Shown: positions 49,411 to 57,304 of the stretch, piece by piece
How positions within the stretch are numbered: the first letter of the stretch is position 1
Layout: every line of letters starts with the position of its first letter
Virus record (IMG/VR): IMGVR_UViG_3300028887_000067
Coordinates: 64,001-128,000 of that record
Strand: one strand, 5' to 3'
DNA length: 64,000 nt
DNA from: a virus
Taxonomy: Duplodnaviria > Caudoviricetes
Made by a program: the position numbers and the translations under genes
The notes under the pieces: generated by a model
Told to the model about the DNA's origin: nothing
Seen by the model: the letters and a program-made list of their open reading frames with translations, nothing else
Database searches by the model: none

Positions 49411-51524
49411 TGCTTCAAGGAATCCGAAGATTTGGCGTGCCCGAATACGTTACCGCTCAATATGTAGCGGACTATCTGGGTCGTCCGCTCGAAGCGATGC
49501 ACCAAAGTGGATTTTTCGACGGGATTCCTTACAGGCTGACCGCGAACCGAGTAAAGCATTATCATCTGAACAGCTGCATCAAGATGATGCGCGTCTACAA
49601 TATCGACCCGCCTTGCCGGGTTCACCCGTATGCGAAGTGGAGGCCGTCTGAGATAATTGCCGACCTTGACGTGACGGCATGTGCCTATTTAAATCTTGTC
49701 AAGGCAGGCAAGCTGGTTGAACAGGAGCCCGACCATCGGGGAAAGTTCGTGTACTACAAGGACTACGAGCGATTCATCAAGAACTACGTGCCTATGAAGA
49801 TGATTCCTTGGCTTCCCGCGAAGCTGAACATTAGGGACGCGGCTGAGTTCATCGGCACTACACCGAACCGGCTCAAGGCGGAAGTACGCAGGGGCAATGC
49901 CGACGCGGTTTGGTATAACCGCACCACCGACGGAAAACGTCGGTATCGCTGGATGACACGGGAGCAGATTATTCAGTATATCACGAAGCAGATCGAAGGC
50001 GCGGGGCATCGTTCGAAGAAACTCATTAGGAAGAACCCTCTGTCCGACGTACTTACCGTACCGCTTACAGCAATCTACCTGAAAACGACCGAGGTCAAGG
50101 TCAAGTCGATGGTCAATTCGGGTTATCTCGAACCCGGAAAGGCCTCGCTGTCCAAGAACAAGTCCCGACTATATAACGTATTCGACAAGGAATATCTTGA
50201 CGCGAAATACGATCATTATTGCAAGGTAAAATACTACAACGAGGGCAAGTGCTATTACACTCGTGCGGCGATCCGCAACAAGTTCGGCAAGACGAACTAC
50301 TGGATTACTACCTATATAGTCGGTAAGTGCCATGAGTTGCTTTCGAATGACGGAAAGCTGTATACGCCCGAGGAACGCGCCGAAGAGAACCGGAAGATGG
50401 GCCGTATACCCGAGGCCAGTATGGGATGGTCGCAAAAGGAAGTCGAGGCCATCGTGGAGAGCGGTGTCGAGATAGACCCCGTCGTCGAGCTTTCCGAATA
50501 CCGGATGAAACATTTGGAAGCGCTTGACAAGACAAACTATAACGAGCTTCGCCGAAAATTGAGGATGTACCGCGAGAAGAAGTACGCGAAGGTGCTCGTC
50601 AAGCCGGTAAAGGACCCAGTCGAGATCGCCCTGCGTGCCGCTTTCGAGGAGAAGGTGTTCCGTCGCGAGGCCCGCATCAGCGAGATTCTGGCCGCCGCCG
50701 CAGAGAAGCGTGCCGAAGAAAATCAAATTCGCTCCCTGCTCGGTATAGATCCGAAGACAATCGTTACCTTGACGCCGGACATTATCCTGAAGAACAACTT
50801 TGAACCGGAGAAGGTACTTATCCTTTATAGCCGTAACGGATGGAACGACGTATACACGAAGCATTCGGTCGAGCCCGTTGAATGTACGTATAGGGCCAAG
50901 GACGCGGCCATCGTTACCACCCGTGTCAAGACGAAAGTAATCTCGGTATTCAGCAACATAGCCAGAGTTGCTCGCAAGATTTCGAACCTCCCGCCAAAAG
51001 TGTCTCCGTCGTGGATAATCCTGGCCCCGTCCAGTTCAATAGTGGCGGACCCGTCATTTTACCTGAAGCTGGACAATGTCCCGACCGAGTATGGAGCGGT
51101 TGGCCCGTTCGGGTATGAATATGTCCTACCCAATGGCAGCTGGATCAACTGTCCGGCCACTTATGGGATGTTCAGTGAATACTCTCTGACGGATCAGTCG
51201 AAGTCCCGACGGATTGCAGGTACCCGTAGCGCGGTCGGTACTCACGAGGTTGCCGTGCTCGACGGCCCGTTTGTTGCCGTTCGCGGTGGATATTTGAAAC
51301 TGCTTTGCGAACTTAAAAATTTCAGCGTATTGGGCGACGGGCGGTCGTTTGTCCCGTTCGCCATATCTATGATTATGCGCCGCCTGGGGGTGAAAATGTT
51401 GCAAATCGAGGTGGATTCCATGCGGTGCAGCGATTTTGAGCCGGATAGGTATAATGTGCAGTGGAACAGGGCCGAACGCATGCTAATCGGCTTTGCGAAC
51501 CCGAGTTTGAAATTCAAATCCTAA
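49410..51524 (+). CDS. Multi-HTH protein fused to a degenerate GT2-like domain
   Basis: Repeated excisionase/MerR-like helices (TAQYVADYLG, NIRDAAEFIG, TVPLTAIYLK). C-terminal GAVGPFG...EVAVLDGPFVAVR. Confidence 0.5.
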   Translation: MLQGIRRFGVPEYVTAQYVADYLGRPLEAMHQSGFFDGIPYRLTANRVKHYHLNSCIKMMRVYNIDPPCRVHPYAKWRPSEIIADLDVTACAYLNLVKAGKLVEQEPDHRGKFVYYKDYERFIKNYVPMKMIPWLPAKLNIRDAAEFIGTTPNRLKAEVRRGNADAVWYNRTTDGKRRYRWMTREQIIQYITKQIEGAGHRSKKLIRKNPLSDVLTVPLTAIYLKTTEVKVKSMVNSGYLEPGKASLSKNKSRLYNVFDKEYLDAKYDHYCKVKYYNEGKCYYTRAAIRNKFGKTNYWITTYIVGKCHELLSNDGKLYTPEERAEENRKMGRIPEASMGWSQKEVEAIVESGVEIDPVVELSEYRMKHLEALDKTNYNELRRKLRMYREKKYAKVLVKPVKDPVEIALRAAFEEKVFRREARISEILAAAAEKRAEENQIRSLLGIDPKTIVTLTPDIILKNNFEPEKVLILYSRNGWNDVYTKHSVEPVECTYRAKDAAIVTTRVKTKVISVFSNIARVARKISNLPPKVSPSWIILAPSSSIVADPSFYLKLDNVPTEYGAVGPFGYEYVLPNGSWINCPATYGMFSEYSLTDQSKSRRIAGTRSAVGTHEVAVLDGPFVAVRGGYLKLLCELKNFSVLGDGRSFVPFAISMIMRRLGVKMLQIEVDSMRCSDFEPDRYNVQWNRAERMLIGFANPSLKFKS

Positions 51525-51535
51525 ACAGCTATTAT
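51507..51535 (+). promoter_or_regulatory. Replication-class promoter of the gp45-like gene
   Basis: TTGAAA-TTCAAATCCTAAACAGC(17)-TATTAT. Confidence 0.75.
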
Positions 51536-51554
51536 TCCGCATAAAGGTGAGTAT

Positions 51555-52427
51555 ATGCAAGAAGATATTAAGTCGATTTCCATCAAGTATAGTGAGCAGT
51601 ACGCCGAGCTGCTGAAGACCGTCACCAACGTGACCAAGGCCGGTTGCACGATTATGCAACACGTCGATGACAAGTACCGCATAAGCATACCGAACCAGGC
51701 GCTCCTGACTCACATAGCGGCCGGAGAGAAAGATCTTTATTTCGACGCGCAACGTATCAACGTGTTCTCTATGACCGAGTTCATGAAGTATTCGGAGGCC
51801 GTAGGGTATCCGAAGCGAGGCGAAGTGTCTCTGTCCCAGATGATTTCCATTACCGGCAAGCGATACGAATATATCAAGTTCGCTTCGAGGGGTCTCACCT
51901 GCTTAACGCCGACCGCCGACCCGAGCTGCTTCAAGAAGACCGCCACAAAAATTCCGGGTGACCGGAACAATCCGGGAAAGAAGATTCGAGTCGCCGAGAT
52001 TTGCTTTACCGAGGAATCTATCAAGGATTTCGAGAAGAAAATCAAGCTGGTGCCTACATGCAAGTTTGTCACCCTGTTCATCGACGAGGGTGGGGTCAAG
52101 TTCTATATCAAGGGAAAGCTGGCTCAGCAGATTACTTATTGTGTCGAGTCGACATGCACGAGGCATCTCGACGATAAGCTGGTGAAGAAGCTTTTCCGCC
52201 CCGGACGCGTGGCGATGTTCCCCGCCACGTATTTCAGCATGTTGAAGGGGTTTGGCGGTACGTTCGAAATCGATATTATGTATGTCCCGAAGGACGATGG
52301 CTCCGACCAGATGACTCTCGTGGGGTACAGCTATGTCAAGGGAGCTGACGAGAACCAGCCGATTTTACTATATTCTGCAGCGTCGGAATGTTCCGCAGCA
52401 TCGATTGGATTTGATTTAATAATCTAG
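51555..52427 (+). CDS. gp45-like sliding clamp
   Basis: ELLKTV...INVFSMTEFM...TADPS matches the gp45 pattern (ILKNF...IYDLxEFL...ADPS); size and context fit. Confidence 0.65.
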   Translation: MQEDIKSISIKYSEQYAELLKTVTNVTKAGCTIMQHVDDKYRISIPNQALLTHIAAGEKDLYFDAQRINVFSMTEFMKYSEAVGYPKRGEVSLSQMISITGKRYEYIKFASRGLTCLTPTADPSCFKKTATKIPGDRNNPGKKIRVAEICFTEESIKDFEKKIKLVPTCKFVTLFIDEGGVKFYIKGKLAQQITYCVESTCTRHLDDKLVKKLFRPGRVAMFPATYFSMLKGFGGTFEIDIMYVPKDDGSDQMTLVGYSYVKGADENQPILLYSAASECSAASIGFDLII

Positions 52428-52444
52428 CAAGAGCAACTCATTCG

Positions 52445-52476
52445 AAAAAACAAAGGTGGCCTTCGGGCCACCTTTT
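52445..52476. terminator. Bidirectional terminator between convergent genes
   Basis: AAAGGTGGCC-TTCG-GGCCACCTTTT (cUUCGg loop). Confidence 0.9.
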
Positions 52477-52495
52477 CCGTTTTCTTGGTTGAATG

Positions 52496-52948
52496 TTAGC
52501 GTTTGGTTGCGCGGTACAGGGATATGGTGGATTCGACGAGATGTTTGTTCTTGCAGGACTTAATGACCGATTCCTCAAATACGTCGATGTCGCCTATGTC
52601 GCCGTTCATCCGGTCGTAGTGGTCCATCATCGCTATGTCGATGTCGTCGCCAAGCGACTGGTCCGGCTCGTATTTGAGACCCTCTCGTTCATATTGGCGG
52701 ACGAGCCCGCCGATGGCGTCGATGGCGTACTGCAGGCAGTCGCATTCGGTCTTGTTCTCGTCTCCCCAGTAGATGAAGATGCTTCCATACTCATCGCCCT
52801 GTTCGTCTACGCCGATCGGCTTGTACTCTACTTTTCCCGAGTGGGCGCCCGGAAGCGACAGGTCAAACGTGTATTCGCCGGTTCGTGTCGTTTTTGTAAG
52901 TTGGCTGGCATCTTGGACCAGTGTCTCGAATTGCTTTGGATAGAACAT
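52496..52948 (-). CDS. Late hypothetical protein
   Basis: 150 aa; GAGG RBS; TATAAACT at 52969-52976. Confidence 0.7.
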   Translation of the reverse strand: MFYPKQFETLVQDASQLTKTTRTGEYTFDLSLPGAHSGKVEYKPIGVDEQGDEYGSIFIYWGDENKTECDCLQYAIDAIGGLVRQYEREGLKYEPDQSLGDDIDIAMMDHYDRMNGDIGDIDVFEESVIKSCKNKHLVESTISLYRATKR

Positions 52949-52968
52949 GGCTTACCTCTGTTTCCCGT

Positions 52969-53007
52969 AGTTTATAGGCCGATGTCTTTGAGGACACATT
53001 ATAAACT
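52969..53007. promoter_or_regulatory. Divergent pair of late-type promoters
   Basis: TATAAACT on both strands. Confidence 0.8.
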
Positions 53008-53036
53008 TGATGAAAACGGATATAGGTGTTCATACC

Positions 53037-54590
53037 ATGGAAGTCAAATTCAATAAGGATGCCCTGATTAAGGCGATGAAGGAAATGAGCTACGTGTCTA
53101 CGCAGAGCGGACCTATCGAACCTTCCAAGGCCAAGGTGATAAAGATGCTTACCGAGAAGGTGCCGAAACCGGTCTCCAAGCCGCAGGACGGCGAGGACTG
53201 GGACAAGCGTGAGTACAAGCAGAACGACGACCTGTCTTACGGAAAAAACCTGATAACGACCAAGACGCTGTACAAGAAAGTCGTTACCGAGGCCGTATCT
53301 AATACCGAGTATCGCGGTTGCCGCCTCAATCTGCAGTCAATCGACATGAAGGAAACCCACTGCAAGTTCATCATCGACCGCCGTGGGCATGAAATCATGG
53401 TTGAAATGTACTACCCGAACACCAACAAGAACATCAGTGTCCGTCTGGAAAGCGACAACCACCTGTCCAACCTGTACGAGGTTCCCCTCGACAGCGAGCA
53501 ATTTATCAACAATTTTGGCTATACCATTCTGAAGACTTGTGACGAGCTCTTGGAGAGCGGTAGCAAGTATGACCTTGGCGCCGATCTCGATACTATGCAG
53601 TTTACCAATGGCATGGGGTCGGCGGTATACGACGTGAATGATTCTATCGTGCAACCGAGTAACTTGTTGCGCGAATCGGTCGACGGACACCTTGCCCGAC
53701 TCAGGAACCTTTGCGACGCGGTCAACATTATGGAGGCCGACGAACAGGCACCTGGCGCCGAGGCGTTCAGTATGGGAGCGCCCGAGGATGTTCCGGTTCC
53801 CGACAATATTCCTGGTATGAACGGCGGTCAGATCGGTGCCGAGGACGTCAATGGCGACGACACCTCGCCGAACACGACGGTCAACTTCGCCGACTGGATT
53901 CACGATAATATTTCTGATATCGAGACTATCAGCACCGACGGCGACAGCCCGATTGGTGGTACGTCCGCCCTCGACCGACTGGGCAAGATGGTCGCCGAGC
54001 GTATGGCCCGAAACAACAACAAGTCCGACGGCAAGGGAGCTGCGGTGACCGGCGACGAATTGTATTCCGGATTCTCGGGTATCAAACAGGAAGGTCCGGG
54101 TGCTATTTGGAACAAGTTCTTCGAACTCTATTCCGAACTAGCCGACCATTCGGTGACTATCCAACAGATTACAGACTTCAACAAGTTCCTTGAGAATCCA
54201 GGAACCGACGAACTCACACTCGATAAGTTCGACCGGAAACTGCAGGAGATCTTCCCCGAAGCTTACGGTGGTTCCGGTCTCGGAACCAACATGAACACCG
54301 ACAACGTGTCCGTCGATGGCGAGCAAAATTTTGGAGCCAACGAGGGATTGTCCGGCGATGTTGCCGTGGATAACATCATCGGCGGCACAGGTGGCTTGGG
54401 TGGTGGTTTTATGAACGATGGGTCCACCGAGTCCATGATGGCGAAGGTTAACCCGGAAGTTGACGCCGCTACCGAGGAACCGGTCGATTTCGGTGATTTT
54501 CCTAAGGAAGGCGAAGACGGAGAAACTGCGGTGGGCGACTTAGAGGTGTCCAACGAGGACAACGTGGCCGACTCGCTAGGCAACGTCTAG
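53037..54590 (+). CDS. Acidic late protein (putative internal head protein)
   Basis: TTATAAACT at 52999-53007 implies a start at ATG 53037. VTE|A, LLE|S, LRE|S and IME|A motifs. Confidence 0.6.
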   Translation: MEVKFNKDALIKAMKEMSYVSTQSGPIEPSKAKVIKMLTEKVPKPVSKPQDGEDWDKREYKQNDDLSYGKNLITTKTLYKKVVTEAVSNTEYRGCRLNLQSIDMKETHCKFIIDRRGHEIMVEMYYPNTNKNISVRLESDNHLSNLYEVPLDSEQFINNFGYTILKTCDELLESGSKYDLGADLDTMQFTNGMGSAVYDVNDSIVQPSNLLRESVDGHLARLRNLCDAVNIMEADEQAPGAEAFSMGAPEDVPVPDNIPGMNGGQIGAEDVNGDDTSPNTTVNFADWIHDNISDIETISTDGDSPIGGTSALDRLGKMVAERMARNNNKSDGKGAAVTGDELYSGFSGIKQEGPGAIWNKFFELYSELADHSVTIQQITDFNKFLENPGTDELTLDKFDRKLQEIFPEAYGGSGLGTNMNTDNVSVDGEQNFGANEGLSGDVAVDNIIGGTGGLGGGFMNDGSTESMMAKVNPEVDAATEEPVDFGDFPKEGEDGETAVGDLEVSNEDNVADSLGNV

Positions 54591-54656
54591 TATTTTCGAC
54601 ATTTTCCTTGCGTTTGATGTAATTTATTATGTGGTTACCAAACGCAAGGATTTTTT

Positions 54657-55859
54657 ATGTCCGAAAAGTCTACTCTCAGTTCTATGTTCATCGACGAGAC
54701 CGAACCGACTACGCCGGTCGAGCCTGTCGTACCTAATGCTGAAGATACCCAAGTCATGATGTTCCTGACCAACGGCCGTCTCGGGCAGGGTCTGGCTCTT
54801 GTCGAATCCTCACTTACCGACAAGGAAACTACCGCCCGTCTCCGTACGGCTATTGACAAGGACGGCGCCATCTGGCTCGAGATCGAGACGCAGAATGGAG
54901 TCCACGTGATGGCGGACGCCTTGCCTCTTTCCAACCGCTTTACCGAATCTGTCTACGTCAATGCGGCCGACCTTTGCCACGCGGTAAAGGAGCTTGCGAA
55001 GGAAGCGCATATCGGCCTCTGGGTCGACCAGGGCAAGCTCTATCTCGGCGCCTACTACAACGACGAGTTCGAAGGTTTCGAATTGGAGTGCGGCTTCGCT
55101 CCAGCCAAGGAGTTTACCCCGGACGGGGAGAACGAGTACGATACCTCAATCGAGATTGACCAGGCGAGCTTCAATACAATCCTCGACGCGGTGTACGAGT
55201 TCGAATGGGTTGAAATCTACCGGATGAAGAACACGGTGTCGTTCCGTACAGGAAACGACAAGTGTACCATCGCCACGGTGATGCAGAATCAGGTCCGTAC
55301 CGATGACATTCTCCCCGATCTCAGCGTAAGGATTCCGGCAAAGGTGTTCAAGACTCTCCCGCTGGTCAACGCGCTTGACGACGGCATCGCCATGTCCGTA
55401 ACGCTGAAGATGAACACCAAGTATCACGTGATGAAAATCGAGGGGCAGTATTCCCACCTGTTCTGCCAGTTCTCCGAAGGCCAGCTGAAGACGTTCAACA
55501 ATGACGGCATGTCCCGCCAGTTCACCATTATGTCCGACGCGATTGCCGCCGCTATCGGAACCTATTTCAACATACATAGCACCGACCCGACTGGCCTTGT
55601 CCGTCTCTACGCGGTCAACGACGGTTTGCTCGGCATCGAGACGGTAGACAAGTCCAGAATGGACATCAACCTGACCGTCGGCAACGTCACGATTGACAAT
55701 ATCGATATGTCCCTGCAGATGCCGATGGATGTGCTGACGATGATGATTCGAAATTCCGGATGCCCGAAGCTCGACTTCCTCTACAACAAGGAAGCTGGCC
55801 GTGTGATGATGGCTTACGGCAACGGCTACTTCCTCCGCAAGTGTTGCTACCAGGCATAG
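54657..55859 (+). CDS. Divergent DnaN (beta clamp)-like protein
   Basis: 400 aa with a three-repeat pattern: VYVNAADLCHAVKEL / IEIDQASF / VRIPAKVFKTL / LQMPMDVLTMMIR. Confidence 0.5.
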   Translation: MSEKSTLSSMFIDETEPTTPVEPVVPNAEDTQVMMFLTNGRLGQGLALVESSLTDKETTARLRTAIDKDGAIWLEIETQNGVHVMADALPLSNRFTESVYVNAADLCHAVKELAKEAHIGLWVDQGKLYLGAYYNDEFEGFELECGFAPAKEFTPDGENEYDTSIEIDQASFNTILDAVYEFEWVEIYRMKNTVSFRTGNDKCTIATVMQNQVRTDDILPDLSVRIPAKVFKTLPLVNALDDGIAMSVTLKMNTKYHVMKIEGQYSHLFCQFSEGQLKTFNNDGMSRQFTIMSDAIAAAIGTYFNIHSTDPTGLVRLYAVNDGLLGIETVDKSRMDINLTVGNVTIDNIDMSLQMPMDVLTMMIRNSGCPKLDFLYNKEAGRVMMAYGNGYFLRKCCYQA

Positions 55860-55862
55860 ATG

Positions 55863-55889
55863 AGAATGGCCGGCGAGAGCCGGCCTTCT
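55863..55889. terminator. Hairpin between convergent genes
   Basis: GGCCGGC-GAGA-GCCGGCC. Confidence 0.6.
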
Positions 55890-55890
55890 G

Positions 55891-56490
55891 TTAAGCGTTT
55901 TCAATCGGCTCGGACTCGTCCGGGCCGTTTTCTTTCGGTGGCTCGGGCGGTGTCTCTGCGTTTACTTCGTCGCTGGATTCGACGTCACCGTCGGCTATTT
56001 CCTCCAATTCGTCCATGCCTAGCGGGGCAAGGTCCTCCTCAGGCTGTTCCGGATTGTTCGCGTTGATCTGGTCGATATCCGCCTGTACTTGCTGGAACAC
56101 GTCCTGCTCGGCTGGTGGAAACAGGTCGAACTCCCCGTTGTTGGAATCCGCGAACGGGTCCTGCTCTGGAGTAGTAAGCTCGTCGTAGGTGATTTCGTCG
56201 GATTCTTCCTGCTTCTCCCTGTTCTTGTAGATATCGAGAAGTTTGTCGAACGCCATATCGCGGATAGTCTCGCCGATGTCCTTGCCGTCCATCGAGTTCG
56301 GGGGATTCTTCATAAGTTCGTCGGCGGCTACGCGCTCCTGCTCGCCGAGCTCGACCTTTATCTCATTGAAGTCCTTGCCGGACGCATCCTTGAGCGTCTG
56401 CATGTACTTCGGCTGGTTGCTGGTTAGGACGGTCGTGGTCTCCGGCGTCAGCAGGGTCTTGTCGTATGTTCCGTTGAATGGCAAGGTCAT
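55891..56490 (-). CDS. Acidic late hypothetical protein
   Basis: 199 aa; GATAAACT at 56517-56524. Confidence 0.7.
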   Translation of the reverse strand: MTLPFNGTYDKTLLTPETTTVLTSNQPKYMQTLKDASGKDFNEIKVELGEQERVAADELMKNPPNSMDGKDIGETIRDMAFDKLLDIYKNREKQEESDEITYDELTTPEQDPFADSNNGEFDLFPPAEQDVFQQVQADIDQINANNPEQPEEDLAPLGMDELEEIADGDVESSDEVNAETPPEPPKENGPDESEPIENA

Positions 56491-56516
56491 AATTAGTCAC
56501 CTGGTTGTCTTGTTGT

Positions 56517-56555
56517 AGTTTATCGGGCGACGGTTTTTTGGCCACCTAATAAACT
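56517..56555. promoter_or_regulatory. Divergent pair of late-type promoters
   Basis: GATAAACT (-) and TAATAAACT (+). Confidence 0.7.
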
Positions 56556-56587
56556 CAAAATTAAACGAACATTTTCAGAGGTACCCA

Positions 56588-57178
56588 ATGTTCCACATTT
56601 GCGACGAAGAGAATTTTAAGGGTCTGATCGATAAGGTTGCAGCTGAACCCATCGACGAAGAACCTTACAACATCGTCCGCGACCCGAAGCCCGTTGTAGA
56701 GACGGTCTGTACTTTTGATGGAGTGCAGATCAATCTCGAGAGCTGGACGAAGGGTGGCGGTGTAGCGGAAGACTCCGCAAAGGTCGGCAAGGCCAAGACC
56801 GCCCCAGATGCCAAGCTGGCGAAATCCGCCGGCAAGACCGACGGGGAAAAGAAGGACGACGGCAAGGTCGTCGAGGAAGTCGTGGCCGACGACAAGAAAA
56901 AGAAGGACCAGGTTGTTGAAGTAGACGCGAGCGTCGAGGTCAAGGCCGAGGACGCCCCGTCCGTCGGAAAGGGCAGTAATTTTGACTCTGTCGCGAAATC
57001 CGCCAAGACCTCCCAGGAAACCGAGGCCAAGTCCAACAAGAAGTTTGAGAAATGTTGCGACGATCAGAAGCGTATCGACATCTTCAAGGAAGGTGTGCGT
57101 AAGCTTGGTGTTGATTCCAAGACCAAGGCCGATGCCGACAATGTCCTGAAGGAGTTCGACAAGCTTATGAAGAAGTAA
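56588..57178 (+). CDS. Charged late hypothetical protein
   Basis: 196 aa; GAGG RBS; TAATAAACT at 56547-56555. Confidence 0.7.
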   Translation: MFHICDEENFKGLIDKVAAEPIDEEPYNIVRDPKPVVETVCTFDGVQINLESWTKGGGVAEDSAKVGKAKTAPDAKLAKSAGKTDGEKKDDGKVVEEVVADDKKKKDQVVEVDASVEVKAEDAPSVGKGSNFDSVAKSAKTSQETEAKSNKKFEKCCDDQKRIDIFKEGVRKLGVDSKTKADADNVLKEFDKLMKK

Positions 57179-57217
57179 TCGGTATTCCATAGCCGTCTTA
57201 GCCGACGGAATCTCTCT

Positions 57218-57239
57218 ACCGCCGAAAGGCGGTTTTTTT
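57218..57239 (+). terminator. Terminator
   Basis: ACCGCC-GAAA-GGCGGT-TTTTTT. Confidence 0.9.
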
Positions 57240-57256
57240 GCCCAATTTCCCCAAAA

Positions 57257-57285
57257 TTGCAATTCAAACTCCCTTTTTCTACCTT
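57257..57285 (+). promoter_or_regulatory. Replication-class promoter of the DNA polymerase
   Basis: TTGCAA-TTCAAACTCCCTTTTTC(17)-TACCTT. Confidence 0.8.
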
Positions 57286-57304
57286 CGTCCCGAGGAAACC
57301 CCTT

